Source: Escherichia coli (GTDB lineage: Bacteria; Pseudomonadota; Gammaproteobacteria; Enterobacterales; Enterobacteriaceae). Taken from it: a stretch of DNA of 64,000 bases. The notes below the pieces were generated by a model, which saw nothing but the letters and a program-made list of their open reading frames with translations, did no database searches and was not told where the DNA came from. Shown piece after piece: positions 15,118 through 31,607 of the stretch. The position numbers were made by a program, and so were the translations under genes. Every line of letters begins with the position of its first letter. Positions within the stretch are counted from its first letter, which is position 1. The stretch lies in assembly GCF_050320075.1 (NCBI RefSeq), contig NZ_CP190018.1. One strand, given 5' to 3'.

Positions 15118-16593
15118 ATGTCCAGTCAATATTTACGTATTTTTCAACAGCCGCGTTCAGCCATATTGCTGATCCTGGGTTTTGCTTCCGGGCTACCGCT
15201 CGCCCTGACATCCGGCACCTTACAGGCCTGGATGACGGTCGAGAATATCGACCTCAAAACCATTGGTTTCTTCTCGCTGGTAGGCCAGGCTTACGTTTTT
15301 AAATTCCTCTGGTCACCGCTGATGGACCGCTACACGCCCCCATTTTTTGGGCGGCGGCGCGGTTGGCTGCTCGCCACGCAAATCCTGTTATTAGTCGCCA
15401 TTGCGGCGATGGGTTTTCTCGAACCTGGCACCCAACTCCGCTGGATGGCGGCACTGGCAGTGGTGATCGCTTTTTGCTCTGCCTCCCAGGATATTGTCTT
15501 CGATGCGTGGAAAACCGATGTGCTCCCGGCAGAAGAACGTGGCGCGGGCGCGGCAATCAGCGTGCTGGGTTACCGTTTAGGGATGCTGGTTTCCGGCGGC
15601 TTAGCCCTATGGCTGGCAGATAAATGGCTGGGCTGGCAGGGCATGTACTGGTTGATGGCGGCGCTGTTGATCCCCTGTATTATCGCGACGTTGCTTGCAC
15701 CAGAACCAACCGACACCATTCCTGTGCCAAAAACGCTGGAACAAGCGGTTGTTGCACCTCTGCGAGATTTCTTTGGTCGCAATAATGCCTGGCTTATTTT
15801 GCTTCTTATCGTGCTGTATAAGCTGGGCGACGCATTCGCCATGAGCCTGACAACCACGTTTTTGATTCGTGGCGTCGGGTTTGATGCGGGTGAAGTAGGC
15901 GTGGTTAACAAAACGCTTGGCTTACTGGCGACCATTGTTGGCGCATTGTACGGTGGGATTTTGATGCAGCGCCTGTCACTGTTCCGGGCGCTGCTAATTT
16001 TCGGTATTTTACAAGGTGCGTCTAACGCCGGTTACTGGCTGCTGTCGATTACTGATAAGCATCTCTACAGCATGGGCGCAGCCGTCTTTTTCGAAAACCT
16101 CTGTGGCGGGATGGGTACATCAGCCTTTGTCGCGCTGTTAATGACGCTGTGTAATAAGTCATTTTCCGCTACTCAATTTGCCCTGCTCTCAGCGCTTTCT
16201 GCTGTAGGGCGAGTTTATGTCGGCCCCGTGGCGGGTTGGTTTGTTGAAGCACACGGCTGGTCGACATTCTATCTGTTCTCCGTCGCCGCTGCCGTACCAG
16301 GGCTTATTTTGCTGCTGGTTTGCCGCCAGACGCTTGAATATACACGAGTAAATGACAACTTTATCTCCCGTACCGAATATCCTGCAGGTTATGCCTTTGC
16401 CATGTGGACACTGGCGGCGGGCGTCAGCCTGTTGGCCGTGTGGTTACTGCTGTTGACGATGGACGCGCTGGATTTGACGCACTTCTCTTTCCTGCCTGCT
16501 CTGCTGGAAGTCGGGGTTTTAGTCGCCCTTTCTGGCGTCGTGCTTGGTGGTTTACTGGATTATCTGGCGCTACGAAAAACGCATCTGACGTAA
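15118..16593 (+). CDS. ampG: Muropeptide permease AmpG (MFS)
   Basis: 491-aa polytopic membrane ORF at the conserved yajG-ampG position. Confidence 0.92.
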   Translation: MSSQYLRIFQQPRSAILLILGFASGLPLALTSGTLQAWMTVENIDLKTIGFFSLVGQAYVFKFLWSPLMDRYTPPFFGRRRGWLLATQILLLVAIAAMGFLEPGTQLRWMAALAVVIAFCSASQDIVFDAWKTDVLPAEERGAGAAISVLGYRLGMLVSGGLALWLADKWLGWQGMYWLMAALLIPCIIATLLAPEPTDTIPVPKTLEQAVVAPLRDFFGRNNAWLILLLIVLYKLGDAFAMSLTTTFLIRGVGFDAGEVGVVNKTLGLLATIVGALYGGILMQRLSLFRALLIFGILQGASNAGYWLLSITDKHLYSMGAAVFFENLCGGMGTSAFVALLMTLCNKSFSATQFALLSALSAVGRVYVGPVAGWFVEAHGWSTFYLFSVAAAVPGLILLLVCRQTLEYTRVNDNFISRTEYPAGYAFAMWTLAAGVSLLAVWLLLLTMDALDLTHFSFLPALLEVGVLVALSGVVLGGLLDYLALRKTHLT

Positions 16594-17052
16594 TCTGTAA
16601 ATATTATTTAGCTGTAGTAATCACTCGCCGTAATTATTACGGCTAAATAAACATCAGCATCGCTTATTAATATTTGTTCTTTTGTGCGGCTTAGCGTCTG
16701 GAAATTATTGACGCCATTTATGAATTCTATTTTTCTTACACGATTCAGCTAATGAGTCTTTATTTTCTCACTACCCAGTTGTCACCTTAATGATAATTAT
16801 TTGTTAAATAATTGTTTTATTTCGCATTGGTTATACCAATTGCCCGCCCAGACTCCTTCTGCACTCCCCTTTTGTTATAACGCCCTTTTGCAACAGCTTC
16901 TTAAAATCAACCTGATATGTTTTGCAACATATGTGACCTGGAAGCCAAATCCAAGTAACAGGAATTTAATCATGTTTACAGTAATGTAACCTTCCCGTAA
17001 AATGCCCACACACTTTAAACGCCACCAGATCCCGTGGAATTGAGGTCGTTAA

Positions 17053-18000
<948 letters not shown>

Positions 18001-18009
18001 AGGGGTTGA

Positions 18010-20946
<2,937 letters not shown>

Positions 20947-20957
20947 GAGCGGCGGTT

Positions 20958-21848
20958 ATGATGTTTAAGCAATACCTGCAAGTAACGAAACCAGGCATCA
21001 TCTTTGGCAACCTGATCTCGGTGATTGGGGGATTCCTGCTGGCCTCAAAGGGCCGCATTGATTATCCCCTGTTTATCTACACGCTGGTTGGGGTGTCACT
21101 GGTTGTGGCGTCGGGTTGTGTGTTTAACAACTACATCGACAGGGATATCGACAGAAAGATGGAAAGGACGAAGAATCGGGTGCTGGTTAAAGGCCTGATC
21201 TCTCCTGCTGTCTCGCTGGTGTACGCCACCTTGCTGGGTATTGCTGGCTTTATGCTGCTGTGGTTTGGCGCGAATCCGCTGGCCTGCTGGCTGGGGGTGA
21301 TGGGCTTTGTGGTTTACGTCGGCGTTTATAGCCTGTACATGAAACGCCACTCAGTCTACGGCACATTGATTGGTTCGCTCTCCGGCGCTGCGCCGCCGGT
21401 GATCGGCTACTGTGCAGTAACCGGCGAGTTCGATAGTGGCGCAGCGATCCTGCTTGCTATCTTCAGTCTGTGGCAGATGCCTCACTCCTATGCCATCGCC
21501 ATTTTCCGCTTTAAGGATTACCAGGCGGCAAACATTCCGGTATTGCCAGTGGTAAAAGGCATTTCGGTGGCGAAGAATCACATCACGCTGTATATCATCG
21601 CCTTTGCCGTTGCCACGCTGATGCTCTCTCTTGGCGGTTACGCTGGGTATAAATATCTGGTAGTCGCCGCGGCGGTTAGCGTCTGGTGGTTAGGTATGGC
21701 CCTGCGCGGTTATAAAGTTGCTGATGACAGAATCTGGGCGCGCAAGCTGTTCGGCTTCTCTATCATCGCCATCACTGCCCTCTCGGTGATGATGTCCGTT
21801 GATTTTATGGTGCCGGATTCGCATACGCTGCTGGCTGCTGTGTGGTAA
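20958..21848 (+). CDS. cyoE: Heme O synthase (protoheme IX farnesyltransferase)
   Basis: 296-aa UbiA-family membrane ORF ending the cyo cluster. Confidence 0.95.
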   Translation: MMFKQYLQVTKPGIIFGNLISVIGGFLLASKGRIDYPLFIYTLVGVSLVVASGCVFNNYIDRDIDRKMERTKNRVLVKGLISPAVSLVYATLLGIAGFMLLWFGANPLACWLGVMGFVVYVGVYSLYMKRHSVYGTLIGSLSGAAPPVIGYCAVTGEFDSGAAILLAIFSLWQMPHSYAIAIFRFKDYQAANIPVLPVVKGISVAKNHITLYIIAFAVATLMLSLGGYAGYKYLVVAAAVSVWWLGMALRGYKVADDRIWARKLFGFSIIAITALSVMMSVDFMVPDSHTLLAAVW

Positions 21849-21996
21849 TACAACCTCTCAGTTAAAAAGGTGCTGCGGCACCTTTTTTCTTAGCATTAGA
21901 AACATATCCCTCTCGAAATATTTACTAAAAAATCCGTATGTTTACCCCATTCGTTTGCCGCTTTACACTAGTCGCGAATTTAAAACAGAGGTGGTA

Positions 21997-23361
21997 ATGA
22001 ACGATTATAAAATGACGCCAGGTGAGCGGCGCGCGACCTGGGGTTTAGGGACCGTATTCTCGTTGCGCATGCTGGGCATGTTTATGGTTCTGCCGGTTCT
22101 GACCACGTACGGCATGGCTCTGCAAGGTGCCAGCGAAGCATTAATCGGTATTGCCATTGGTATTTATGGTCTGACTCAGGCCGTTTTTCAGATTCCGTTT
22201 GGCCTGCTTTCCGACCGCATTGGTCGCAAACCATTAATTGTCGGTGGGCTGGCAGTGTTTGCCGCCGGTAGCGTTATCGCTGCGCTCTCTGACTCCATCT
22301 GGGGAATTATTCTGGGCCGGGCGCTACAAGGCTCCGGTGCGATTGCCGCTGCCGTTATGGCGCTGCTTTCCGATCTCACGCGCGAACAAAACCGCACCAA
22401 AGCAATGGCGTTTATCGGCGTGAGCTTTGGCATTACCTTTGCCATTGCGATGGTGCTTGGCCCGATCATCACTCACAAACTTGGGCTGCACGCGCTGTTC
22501 TGGATGATCGCTATTCTGGCAACGACCGGCATTGCGTTGACCATTTGGGTTGTGCCCAACAGTAGCACTCACGTACTTAATCGTGAGTCCGGAATGGTGA
22601 AAGGCAGTTTCAGTAAAGTGCTGGCGGAACCGCGGCTGCTGAAACTCAACTTTGGCATTATGTGTCTGCATATTTTGCTGATGTCGACGTTTGTTGCCCT
22701 GCCCGGACAACTGGCTGATGCGGGGTTCCCGGCGGCTGAACACTGGAAGGTCTATCTGGCGACAATGCTAATCGCCTTTGGCTCGGTCGTGCCTTTCATT
22801 ATCTACGCTGAAGTTAAGCGCAAAATGAAGCAAGTCTTTGTCTTCTGCGTTGGGTTGATCGTGGTTGCGGAAATTGTGTTGTGGAACGCACAAACGCAGT
22901 TCTGGCAACTGGTGGTCGGCGTGCAGCTTTTCTTTGTAGCGTTTAATTTGATGGAAGCCCTTCTGCCTTCACTTATCAGTAAAGAGTCGCCAGCAGGTTA
23001 CAAAGGTACGGCGATGGGTGTTTACTCCACCAGCCAGTTTCTTGGCGTGGCGATTGGCGGTTCGCTGGGCGGCTGGATTGACGGCATGTTTGACGGTCAG
23101 GGAGTATTTCTCGCTGGCGCAATGCTGGCCGCAGTGTGGCTGGCAGTCGCCAGTACCATGAAAGAACCGCCGTATGTCAGCAGCTTGCGCATTGAAATCC
23201 CGGCGGACATTGCCGCAAACGAGGCGTTAAAAGTGCGTTTGCTGGAAACCGCGGGCGTCAAAGAAGTGTTGATTGCAGAAGAAGAACATTCAGCTTATGT
23301 GAAAATCGACAGCAAAGTGACGAATCGCTTTGAGGTTGAACAGGCAATTCGTCAGGCATAA
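21997..23361 (+). CDS. yajR: MFS transporter YajR
   Basis: Start at MNDYKMTPGERR inside ORF 21799-23361; 454 aa; 12-TM MFS plus C-terminal soluble domain. Confidence 0.88.
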   Translation: MNDYKMTPGERRATWGLGTVFSLRMLGMFMVLPVLTTYGMALQGASEALIGIAIGIYGLTQAVFQIPFGLLSDRIGRKPLIVGGLAVFAAGSVIAALSDSIWGIILGRALQGSGAIAAAVMALLSDLTREQNRTKAMAFIGVSFGITFAIAMVLGPIITHKLGLHALFWMIAILATTGIALTIWVVPNSSTHVLNRESGMVKGSFSKVLAEPRLLKLNFGIMCLHILLMSTFVALPGQLADAGFPAAEHWKVYLATMLIAFGSVVPFIIYAEVKRKMKQVFVFCVGLIVVAEIVLWNAQTQFWQLVVGVQLFFVAFNLMEALLPSLISKESPAGYKGTAMGVYSTSQFLGVAIGGSLGGWIDGMFDGQGVFLAGAMLAAVWLAVASTMKEPPYVSSLRIEIPADIAANEALKVRLLETAGVKEVLIAEEEHSAYVKIDSKVTNRFEVEQAIRQA

Positions 23362-23488
23362 AAAACGAGGCGAATTGCCTGCTGCGCTACGCTTACCAGG
23401 CCTACAAAGTTCCTGAGTTACAAATCGTTGTAGGCCGAATTAGCTGTTCATGCTGCATTCGGCATGAACAAAACGCACATTGTCGCGA

Positions 23489-23980
23489 TTAATCGCGGAA
23501 GTTTTTGAACTGGAACGGCTGACCGAGATCGCCACCACGTACCATCGCCATGACAGCCTGCAAATCATCACGAGATTTACCCGTTACGCGGATCTCATCA
23601 CCCTGAATTTGCGCCTGCACTTTCAGTTTGCTGTCTTTGATCATCTTGACGATTTTCTTCTGGGTCGCGCTCTCAATGCCCTGTTTCAGTTTCGCTTCCA
23701 CAAACCAGGTTTTACCGCTATGAACGATATTTTCCGGTACATCCAGTGAACTGCCTTCAATGCCGCGCTTCAGCAGCTTGGCACGCAGAATATCCAGCAA
23801 CTGATTGACCTGGAAATCGGACTCGCTCAACACTTTGATGGTTTTGCTGGCGTCGTTCAGCTCAAATGAGGCTTCAACATTACGGAAGTCAAAACGGGAC
23901 TCCACTTCGCGGCTCGCGTTATCGACCGCGTTACGTGCTTCCTGAAGATCAACTTCAGAGACAATATCGAAAGATGGCAT
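23489..23980 (-). CDS. yajQ: Nucleotide-binding protein YajQ
   Basis: Start at [20 protein letters not shown] inside ORF 23489-24148; 163 aa. Confidence 0.9.
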
Positions 23981-24147
23981 CTTTTCCTCTCCCTTCATTT
24001 TTGATGCGAAGCATAATACCTGCAAAGTTAAATAACCAACAGTCCTGCACCAGGACGTATCCCTTAATTGTGCATAGTCGCAACAGCATGCACAATTAAG
24101 GGATAGCCTTATTGAACACCCGGAGTGGTTGCGGGTGAGGAGGAACA

Positions 24148-25612
<1,465 letters not shown>

Positions 25613-25665
25613 TGTCGGATGCGGCAAACGTCGCATCTGACCAGATGCGACGTAAAAAACACAAA

Positions 25666-27114
25666 TTACGGGCGATATACCTTCACATTGTTAAAGCCCT
25701 GCTCGCGCAGATAGAGCGCCTGCAGGCGGCTCATCACCCCGCGCTCACACCACAGCAGCCAGGTTTTGTTCTGGTCGAGATCGCCAAATTTGGTGCTCAG
25801 TTTATAGAACGGCAGAGAAACCACATCAATCCCTTCGACTTTCAGCGGCTTATCTTCCTGTTCATCGATAGAACGGATATCGAGGATCACGTCGTTCGGG
25901 CCGAAGCCATTGACGGTTTCCACTTCCACCACTTCCTGCTCGGTCTGCTGGGCGATTTCGCGGATATCAACGTTATTCGCTTCCTCAACCACTTTATCGA
26001 GAATGCTGAAGTCGAACTTCTCTTCTTCCGCTTCAATCTTCGATTTAACCGCTTTCACCGTCGGGCTTTTGGAGATCACACCGCAATATTCGGGCATCGT
26101 GCGGGCAAAGTCTTCAGTGCCAATCTGGCGAGCCAGGTTGATGATGTGCTCTTTGTCGTAAGAAATCAGCGGACGCAGGATCAGCGTGTCGGAGACGTTA
26201 TCAATCAGGCGCAGGTTAGTCAGCGTCTGGCTGGACACCTGGCCCAGTGCTTCGCCGGTGACCAGCGCCTGTACGCCGTAACGTTCAGCCACTTTAGACG
26301 CGGCACGCACCATCATACGTTTGAGGATAACGCCCATCTGACCGTCGTCGATTTTCTCGAGAATTTCCCCGACGACCGGCTCGAAATTAATAGCGACAAA
26401 ACGCACGCGGTGGGAGCTGCCAAAGCGGTTCCACAGATAATGTGCCACCTGACGCACGCCAATTTCATGCGCCTCGCCGCCGAGGTTAAAGAAGCAGTAA
26501 TGCACGCGGCAGCCGCGACGCATCAACATATAACTGGAAACACCGGAGTCGAAACCACCGGAAATGAGCGACAGCACATCTTCCTGGGTGCCGATCGGGA
26601 AACCGCCAATACCTTCGTAGCGACCTTTAATCAGCAGGAGACGATCGTCTTCCACTTCCAGATGGACAGTCACATCCGGATTGGTCAGCTTCACGCGCGC
26701 GGATTCAATATGCTGATTTAAACCGCCGCCGACGTAACGTTCCACATCAATCGAGCTAAAATCATGTTTGCCACGGCGCTTCACGCGTACGCAGAAGGTT
26801 TTCCCTTCCAGCTGATCGCGATACTGAACCAACGCTTTCTCGAAAATATCGTGCATGTCGGTAAACGGCACGTCTTCGACTTCGAGAATATGGTGGATAC
26901 CCGGAATACGGGTCAGGGCGTCGCGAATAGCCAGACGCTGGTTTTCATCTTTTGCGCGAACCTCGATGTTATCCCAGTGGCGGACGACAGCGAGCGTCTC
27001 ATCATAGTGCTTTAAAACGTTACGAATGTTCCCGGTAAGGATTTTTATAAAGCGCAAGCGCACAGATTGGCTTTTGATGGTGATTTCCGGGAACAATTTA
27101 ATGATAAACTTCAT
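25666..27114 (-). CDS. thiI: tRNA 4-thiouridine synthase ThiI
   Basis: 482-aa [22 protein letters not shown]...; PP-loop SGGFDS; C-terminal rhodanese domain. Confidence 0.95.
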   Translation of the reverse strand: MKFIIKLFPEITIKSQSVRLRFIKILTGNIRNVLKHYDETLAVVRHWDNIEVRAKDENQRLAIRDALTRIPGIHHILEVEDVPFTDMHDIFEKALVQYRDQLEGKTFCVRVKRRGKHDFSSIDVERYVGGGLNQHIESARVKLTNPDVTVHLEVEDDRLLLIKGRYEGIGGFPIGTQEDVLSLISGGFDSGVSSYMLMRRGCRVHYCFFNLGGEAHEIGVRQVAHYLWNRFGSSHRVRFVAINFEPVVGEILEKIDDGQMGVILKRMMVRAASKVAERYGVQALVTGEALGQVSSQTLTNLRLIDNVSDTLILRPLISYDKEHIINLARQIGTEDFARTMPEYCGVISKSPTVKAVKSKIEAEEEKFDFSILDKVVEEANNVDIREIAQQTEQEVVEVETVNGFGPNDVILDIRSIDEQEDKPLKVEGIDVVSLPFYKLSTKFGDLDQNKTWLLWCERGVMSRLQALYLREQGFNNVKVYRP

Positions 27115-27319
27115 GGCGGCAATGGTTCGTTGGCAAGCCTTAAGCGACTTGTATAGGGAAAAATACAGCAGCCCACACCTGCGGCTGCATCCAGGCGCGG
27201 AAGTATACCACTAACATCGCTTTGCTGCGCACATCACCTTACCATTGCGCGTTATTTGCTATTTGCCCTGAGTCCGTTACCATGACGGGGCGAAAAATAT
27301 TGAGAGTCAGACATTCATT

Positions 27320-27562
27320 ATGCCGAAGAAAAATGAGGCGCCCGCCAGCTTTGAAAAGGCGCTGAGCGAGCTGGAACAGATTGTAACCCGTCTGGAAAGT
27401 GGTGACCTGCCGCTGGAAGAGGCGCTGAACGAGTTCGAACGCGGCGTGCAGCTGGCACGTCAGGGGCAGGCCAAATTACAACAAGCCGAACAGCGCGTAC
27501 AAATTCTGCTGTCTGACAATGAAGACGCCTCTCTAACCCCTTTTACACCGGACAATGAGTAA
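27320..27562 (+). CDS. xseB: Exodeoxyribonuclease VII small subunit
   Basis: 80-aa ORF; stop overlaps the ispA start. Confidence 0.93.
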
Positions 27563-28461
27563 TGGACTTTCCGCAGCAACTCGAAGCCTGCGTTAAGCAG
27601 GCCAACCAGGCGCTGAGCCGTTTTATCGCCCCACTGCCCTTTCAGAACACTCCCGTGGTCGAAACCATGCAGTATGGCGCATTATTAGGTGGTAAGCGCC
27701 TGCGACCTTTCCTGGTTTATGCCACCGGTCATATGTTCGGCGTTAGCACAAACACGCTGGACGCGCCCGCTGCCGCCGTAGAGTGTATCCACGCTTACTC
27801 ATTAATTCATGATGATTTACCGGCAATGGATGATGACGATCTGCGTCGCGGTTTGCCAACCTGCCATGTGAAGTTTGGCGAAGCAAACGCGATTCTCGCT
27901 GGTGACGCTTTACAAACGCTGGCGTTCTCGATTTTAAGCGATGCCGATATGCCGGAAGTGTCGGATCGCGACAGAATTTCGATGATTTCAGAACTGGCGA
28001 GCGCCAGCGGTATTGCCGGAATGTGCGGTGGTCAGGCATTAGATTTAGACGCGGAAGGCAAACACGTACCTCTGGACGCGCTTGAGCGTATTCATCGTCA
28101 TAAAACCGGCGCATTGATTCGCGCCGCCGTTCGCCTTGGTGCATTAAGCGCCGGAGATAAAGGACGTCGTGCTCTGCCAGTACTCGACAAGTACGCAGAG
28201 AGCATCGGCCTTGCCTTCCAGGTTCAGGATGACATCCTGGATGTGGTAGGAGATACTGCAACGTTGGGAAAACGCCAGGGTGCCGACCAGCAACTTGGTA
28301 AAAGTACCTACCCTGCACTTCTGGGTCTTGAGCAAGCCCGGAAGAAAGCCCGGGATCTGATCGACGATGCCCGTCAGTCGCTGAAACAACTGGCTGAGCA
28401 GTCACTCGATACCTCGGCACTGGAAGCGCTAGCGGACTACATCATCCAGCGTAATAAATAA
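27562..28461 (+). CDS. ispA: Farnesyl diphosphate synthase
   Basis: 299-aa ORF with two Asp-rich motifs (DDLPAMDDDDLRRG and DDILD). Confidence 0.95.
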   Translation: MDFPQQLEACVKQANQALSRFIAPLPFQNTPVVETMQYGALLGGKRLRPFLVYATGHMFGVSTNTLDAPAAAVECIHAYSLIHDDLPAMDDDDLRRGLPTCHVKFGEANAILAGDALQTLAFSILSDADMPEVSDRDRISMISELASASGIAGMCGGQALDLDAEGKHVPLDALERIHRHKTGALIRAAVRLGALSAGDKGRRALPVLDKYAESIGLAFQVQDDILDVVGDTATLGKRQGADQQLGKSTYPALLGLEQARKKARDLIDDARQSLKQLAEQSLDTSALEALADYIIQRNK

Positions 28462-28485
28462 ACAATAAGTATTAATAGGCCCCTG

Positions 28486-30348
28486 ATGAGTTTTGATATT
28501 GCCAAATACCCGACCCTGGCACTGGTCGACTCCACCCAGGAGTTACGACTGTTGCCGAAAGAGAGTTTACCGAAACTCTGCGACGAACTGCGCCGCTATT
28601 TACTCGACAGCGTGAGCCGTTCCAGCGGGCACTTCGCCTCCGGGCTGGGCACGGTCGAACTGACCGTGGCGCTGCACTATGTCTACAACACCCCGTTTGA
28701 CCAATTGATTTGGGATGTGGGGCATCAGGCTTATCCGCATAAAATTTTGACCGGACGCCGCGACAAGATCGGCACCATCCGTCAGAAAGGCGGTCTGCAC
28801 CCGTTCCCGTGGCGCGGCGAAAGCGAATATGACGTATTAAGCGTCGGGCATTCATCAACCTCCATCAGTGCCGGAATTGGTATTGCGGTCGCTGCCGAAA
28901 AAGAAGGCAAAAATCGCCGCACCGTTTGTGTGATTGGCGACGGTGCGATTACCGCTGGCATGGCGTTTGAAGCGATGAATCACGCGGGCGATATCCGTCC
29001 TGATATGCTGGTGGTTCTCAACGACAATGAAATGTCGATTTCCGAAAATGTTGGCGCGCTCAACAACCATCTGGCGCAGCTGCTTTCCGGTAAGCTTTAC
29101 TCTTCACTGCGCGAAGGCGGGAAAAAAGTTTTCTCTGGCGTGCCCCCCATTAAAGAGCTGCTCAAACGTACCGAAGAACATATTAAAGGCATGGTGGTGC
29201 CTGGCACGTTGTTTGAAGAGCTGGGCTTTAACTACATCGGCCCGGTTGACGGTCACGATGTGCTGGGGCTTATCACCACGCTTAAGAACATGCGCGACCT
29301 GAAAGGCCCGCAGTTCCTGCATATCATGACCAAAAAAGGTCGTGGTTATGAACCGGCAGAAAAAGACCCAATCACCTTCCACGCCGTGCCTAAATTTGAT
29401 CCCTCCAGCGGTTGTTTGCCGAAAAGTAGCGGCGGTTTACCAAGCTATTCAAAAATCTTTGGCGACTGGTTGTGCGAAACGGCAGCGAAAGATAACAAGC
29501 TGATGGCGATTACTCCGGCGATGCGTGAAGGTTCCGGCATGGTCGAGTTTTCACGTAAATTCCCGGATCGCTACTTCGATGTGGCAATTGCCGAGCAACA
29601 CGCAGTGACCTTTGCTGCGGGTCTGGCGATTGGTGGGTACAAACCCATTGTCGCGATCTACTCCACCTTCCTGCAACGCGCCTATGATCAGGTGCTGCAT
29701 GACGTGGCGATTCAAAAACTCCCGGTCCTGTTCGCCATCGACCGCGCGGGCATTGTTGGTGCTGATGGTCAAACCCACCAGGGCGCTTTTGATCTCTCTT
29801 ACCTGCGCTGTATTCCGGAAATGGTCATTATGACCCCGAGCGATGAAAACGAATGTCGCCAGATGCTCTATACCGGCTATCACTATAACGATGGCCCGTC
29901 AGCGGTACGCTACCCGCGTGGCAACGCGGTTGGCGTGGAACTGACGCCGCTGGAAAAACTGCCAATTGGCAAAGGCATTGTGAAGCGTCGTGGCGAGAAA
30001 CTGGCGATCCTTAACTTTGGTACGCTGATGCCAGAAGCGGCGAAAGTCGCTGAATCGCTGAACGCTACGCTGGTCGATATGCGTTTTGTGAAACCGCTTG
30101 ATGAAGCGTTAATTCTGGAAATGGCCGCCAGCCATGAAGCGCTGGTCACCGTAGAAGAAAACGCCATTATGGGCGGCGCAGGCAGCGGAGTGAACGAAGT
30201 GCTGATGGCCCATCGTAAACCAGTACCCGTGCTGAACATTGGCCTGCCTGACTTCTTTATTCCACAAGGAACACAGGAAGAAATGCGCGCCGAACTCGGC
30301 CTCGATGCCGCCGGTATGGAAGCCAAAATCAAGGCCTGGCTGGCATAA
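28486..30348 (+). CDS. dxs: 1-deoxy-D-xylulose-5-phosphate synthase
   Basis: 620-aa transketolase-like [31 protein letters not shown]. Confidence 0.95.
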
Positions 30349-30402
30349 TCCCTACTCTACTCCTGCTATGCTTAAGAAATTATTCATGGCAGGAGTGGCA
30401 GC

Positions 30403-31377
30403 ATGCAATACAACCCCTTAGGAAAAACCGACCTTCGCGTTTCCCGACTTTGCCTCGGCTGTATGACCTTTGGCGAGCCAGATCGTGGTAATCACGCATG
30501 GACACTGCCGGAAGAAAGCAGCCGTCCCATCATTAAACGCGCGCTGGAAGGCGGCATAAATTTCTTTGATACCGCCAATAGCTATTCCGATGGCAGCAGC
30601 GAAGGGATCGTTGGTCGCGCACTGCGGGATTTCGCCCGTCGTGAAGACGTGGTCGTTGCCACCAAAGTGTTCCATCGCGTTGGTGATTTGCCGGAAGGAT
30701 TATCCCGTGCGCAAATATTGCGCTCTATCGACGACAGCCTGCGCCGTCTCGGCATGGATTATGTCGATATCCTGCAAATTCATCGCTGGGATTACAACAC
30801 GCCGATCGAAGAGACGCTGGAAGCCCTCAACGACGTGGTAAAAGCCGGGAAAGCGCGTTATATCGGCGCGTCATCCATGCACGCTTCGCAGTTTGCTCAG
30901 GCACTGGAACTACAAAAACAGCACGGCTGGGCGCAGTTTGTCAGTATGCAGGATCACTACAATCTGATTTATCGAGAAGAAGAGCGCGAGATGCTGCCAC
31001 TGTGTTACCAGGAGGGCGTAGCGGTGATTCCATGGAGCCCGCTGGCGCGGGGTCGTCTGACACGTCCGTGGGGAGAAACTACCGCACGACTGGTGTCTGA
31101 TGAGGTGGGGAAAAATCTCTATAAAGAAAGCGATGAAAATGACGCGCAGATCGCAGAGCGGTTAACGGGCGTCAGTGAAGAACTGGGTGCAACACGAGCA
31201 CAAGTTGCGCTGGCCTGGTTGTTGAGTAAACCGGGCATTGCCGCACCGATTATCGGAACTTCGCGGGAAGAACAGCTTGATGAGCTGCTGAACGCGGTGG
31301 ATATCACCTTGAAGCCGGAACAGATTGCTGAACTGGAAACGCCGTATAAACCGCATCCGGTAGTAGGATTTAAGTAA
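30403..31377 (+). CDS. yajO: Aldo-keto reductase YajO
   Basis: 324-aa AKR-family ORF at the conserved position after dxs. Confidence 0.92.
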   Translation: MQYNPLGKTDLRVSRLCLGCMTFGEPDRGNHAWTLPEESSRPIIKRALEGGINFFDTANSYSDGSSEGIVGRALRDFARREDVVVATKVFHRVGDLPEGLSRAQILRSIDDSLRRLGMDYVDILQIHRWDYNTPIEETLEALNDVVKAGKARYIGASSMHASQFAQALELQKQHGWAQFVSMQDHYNLIYREEEREMLPLCYQEGVAVIPWSPLARGRLTRPWGETTARLVSDEVGKNLYKESDENDAQIAERLTGVSEELGATRAQVALAWLLSKPGIAAPIIGTSREEQLDELLNAVDITLKPEQIAELETPYKPHPVVGFK

Positions 31378-31607
31378 ATTTCGCTTTTCAGCCATTTTAT
31401 CTGCTGAATTCCCCATCGTCTGCGATGATGGGGACAACGTACCTCCCATCATCTTCTGTAACCATAATCCACCTCTGCAAGAGAAATTCTTCGTGAATGA
31501 GTTTGCAGCTATTCATCATCTTCATCCCTTTGAGCGATTTTTGATAGTTTCTCCAGGTAATACTCCCTAAAACTGTCTTATTTAGTCAACGTAAGAGGAT
31601 TACAATC

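Noticed and set aside
16594-17052. 459-nt AT-rich spacer upstream of cyoA as a possible small gene or inserted element
   Set aside because: No convincing ORF or repeat structure; it is the expected long regulatory region of the cyo operon. Individual regulator sites were not called because I cannot place them confidently by eye
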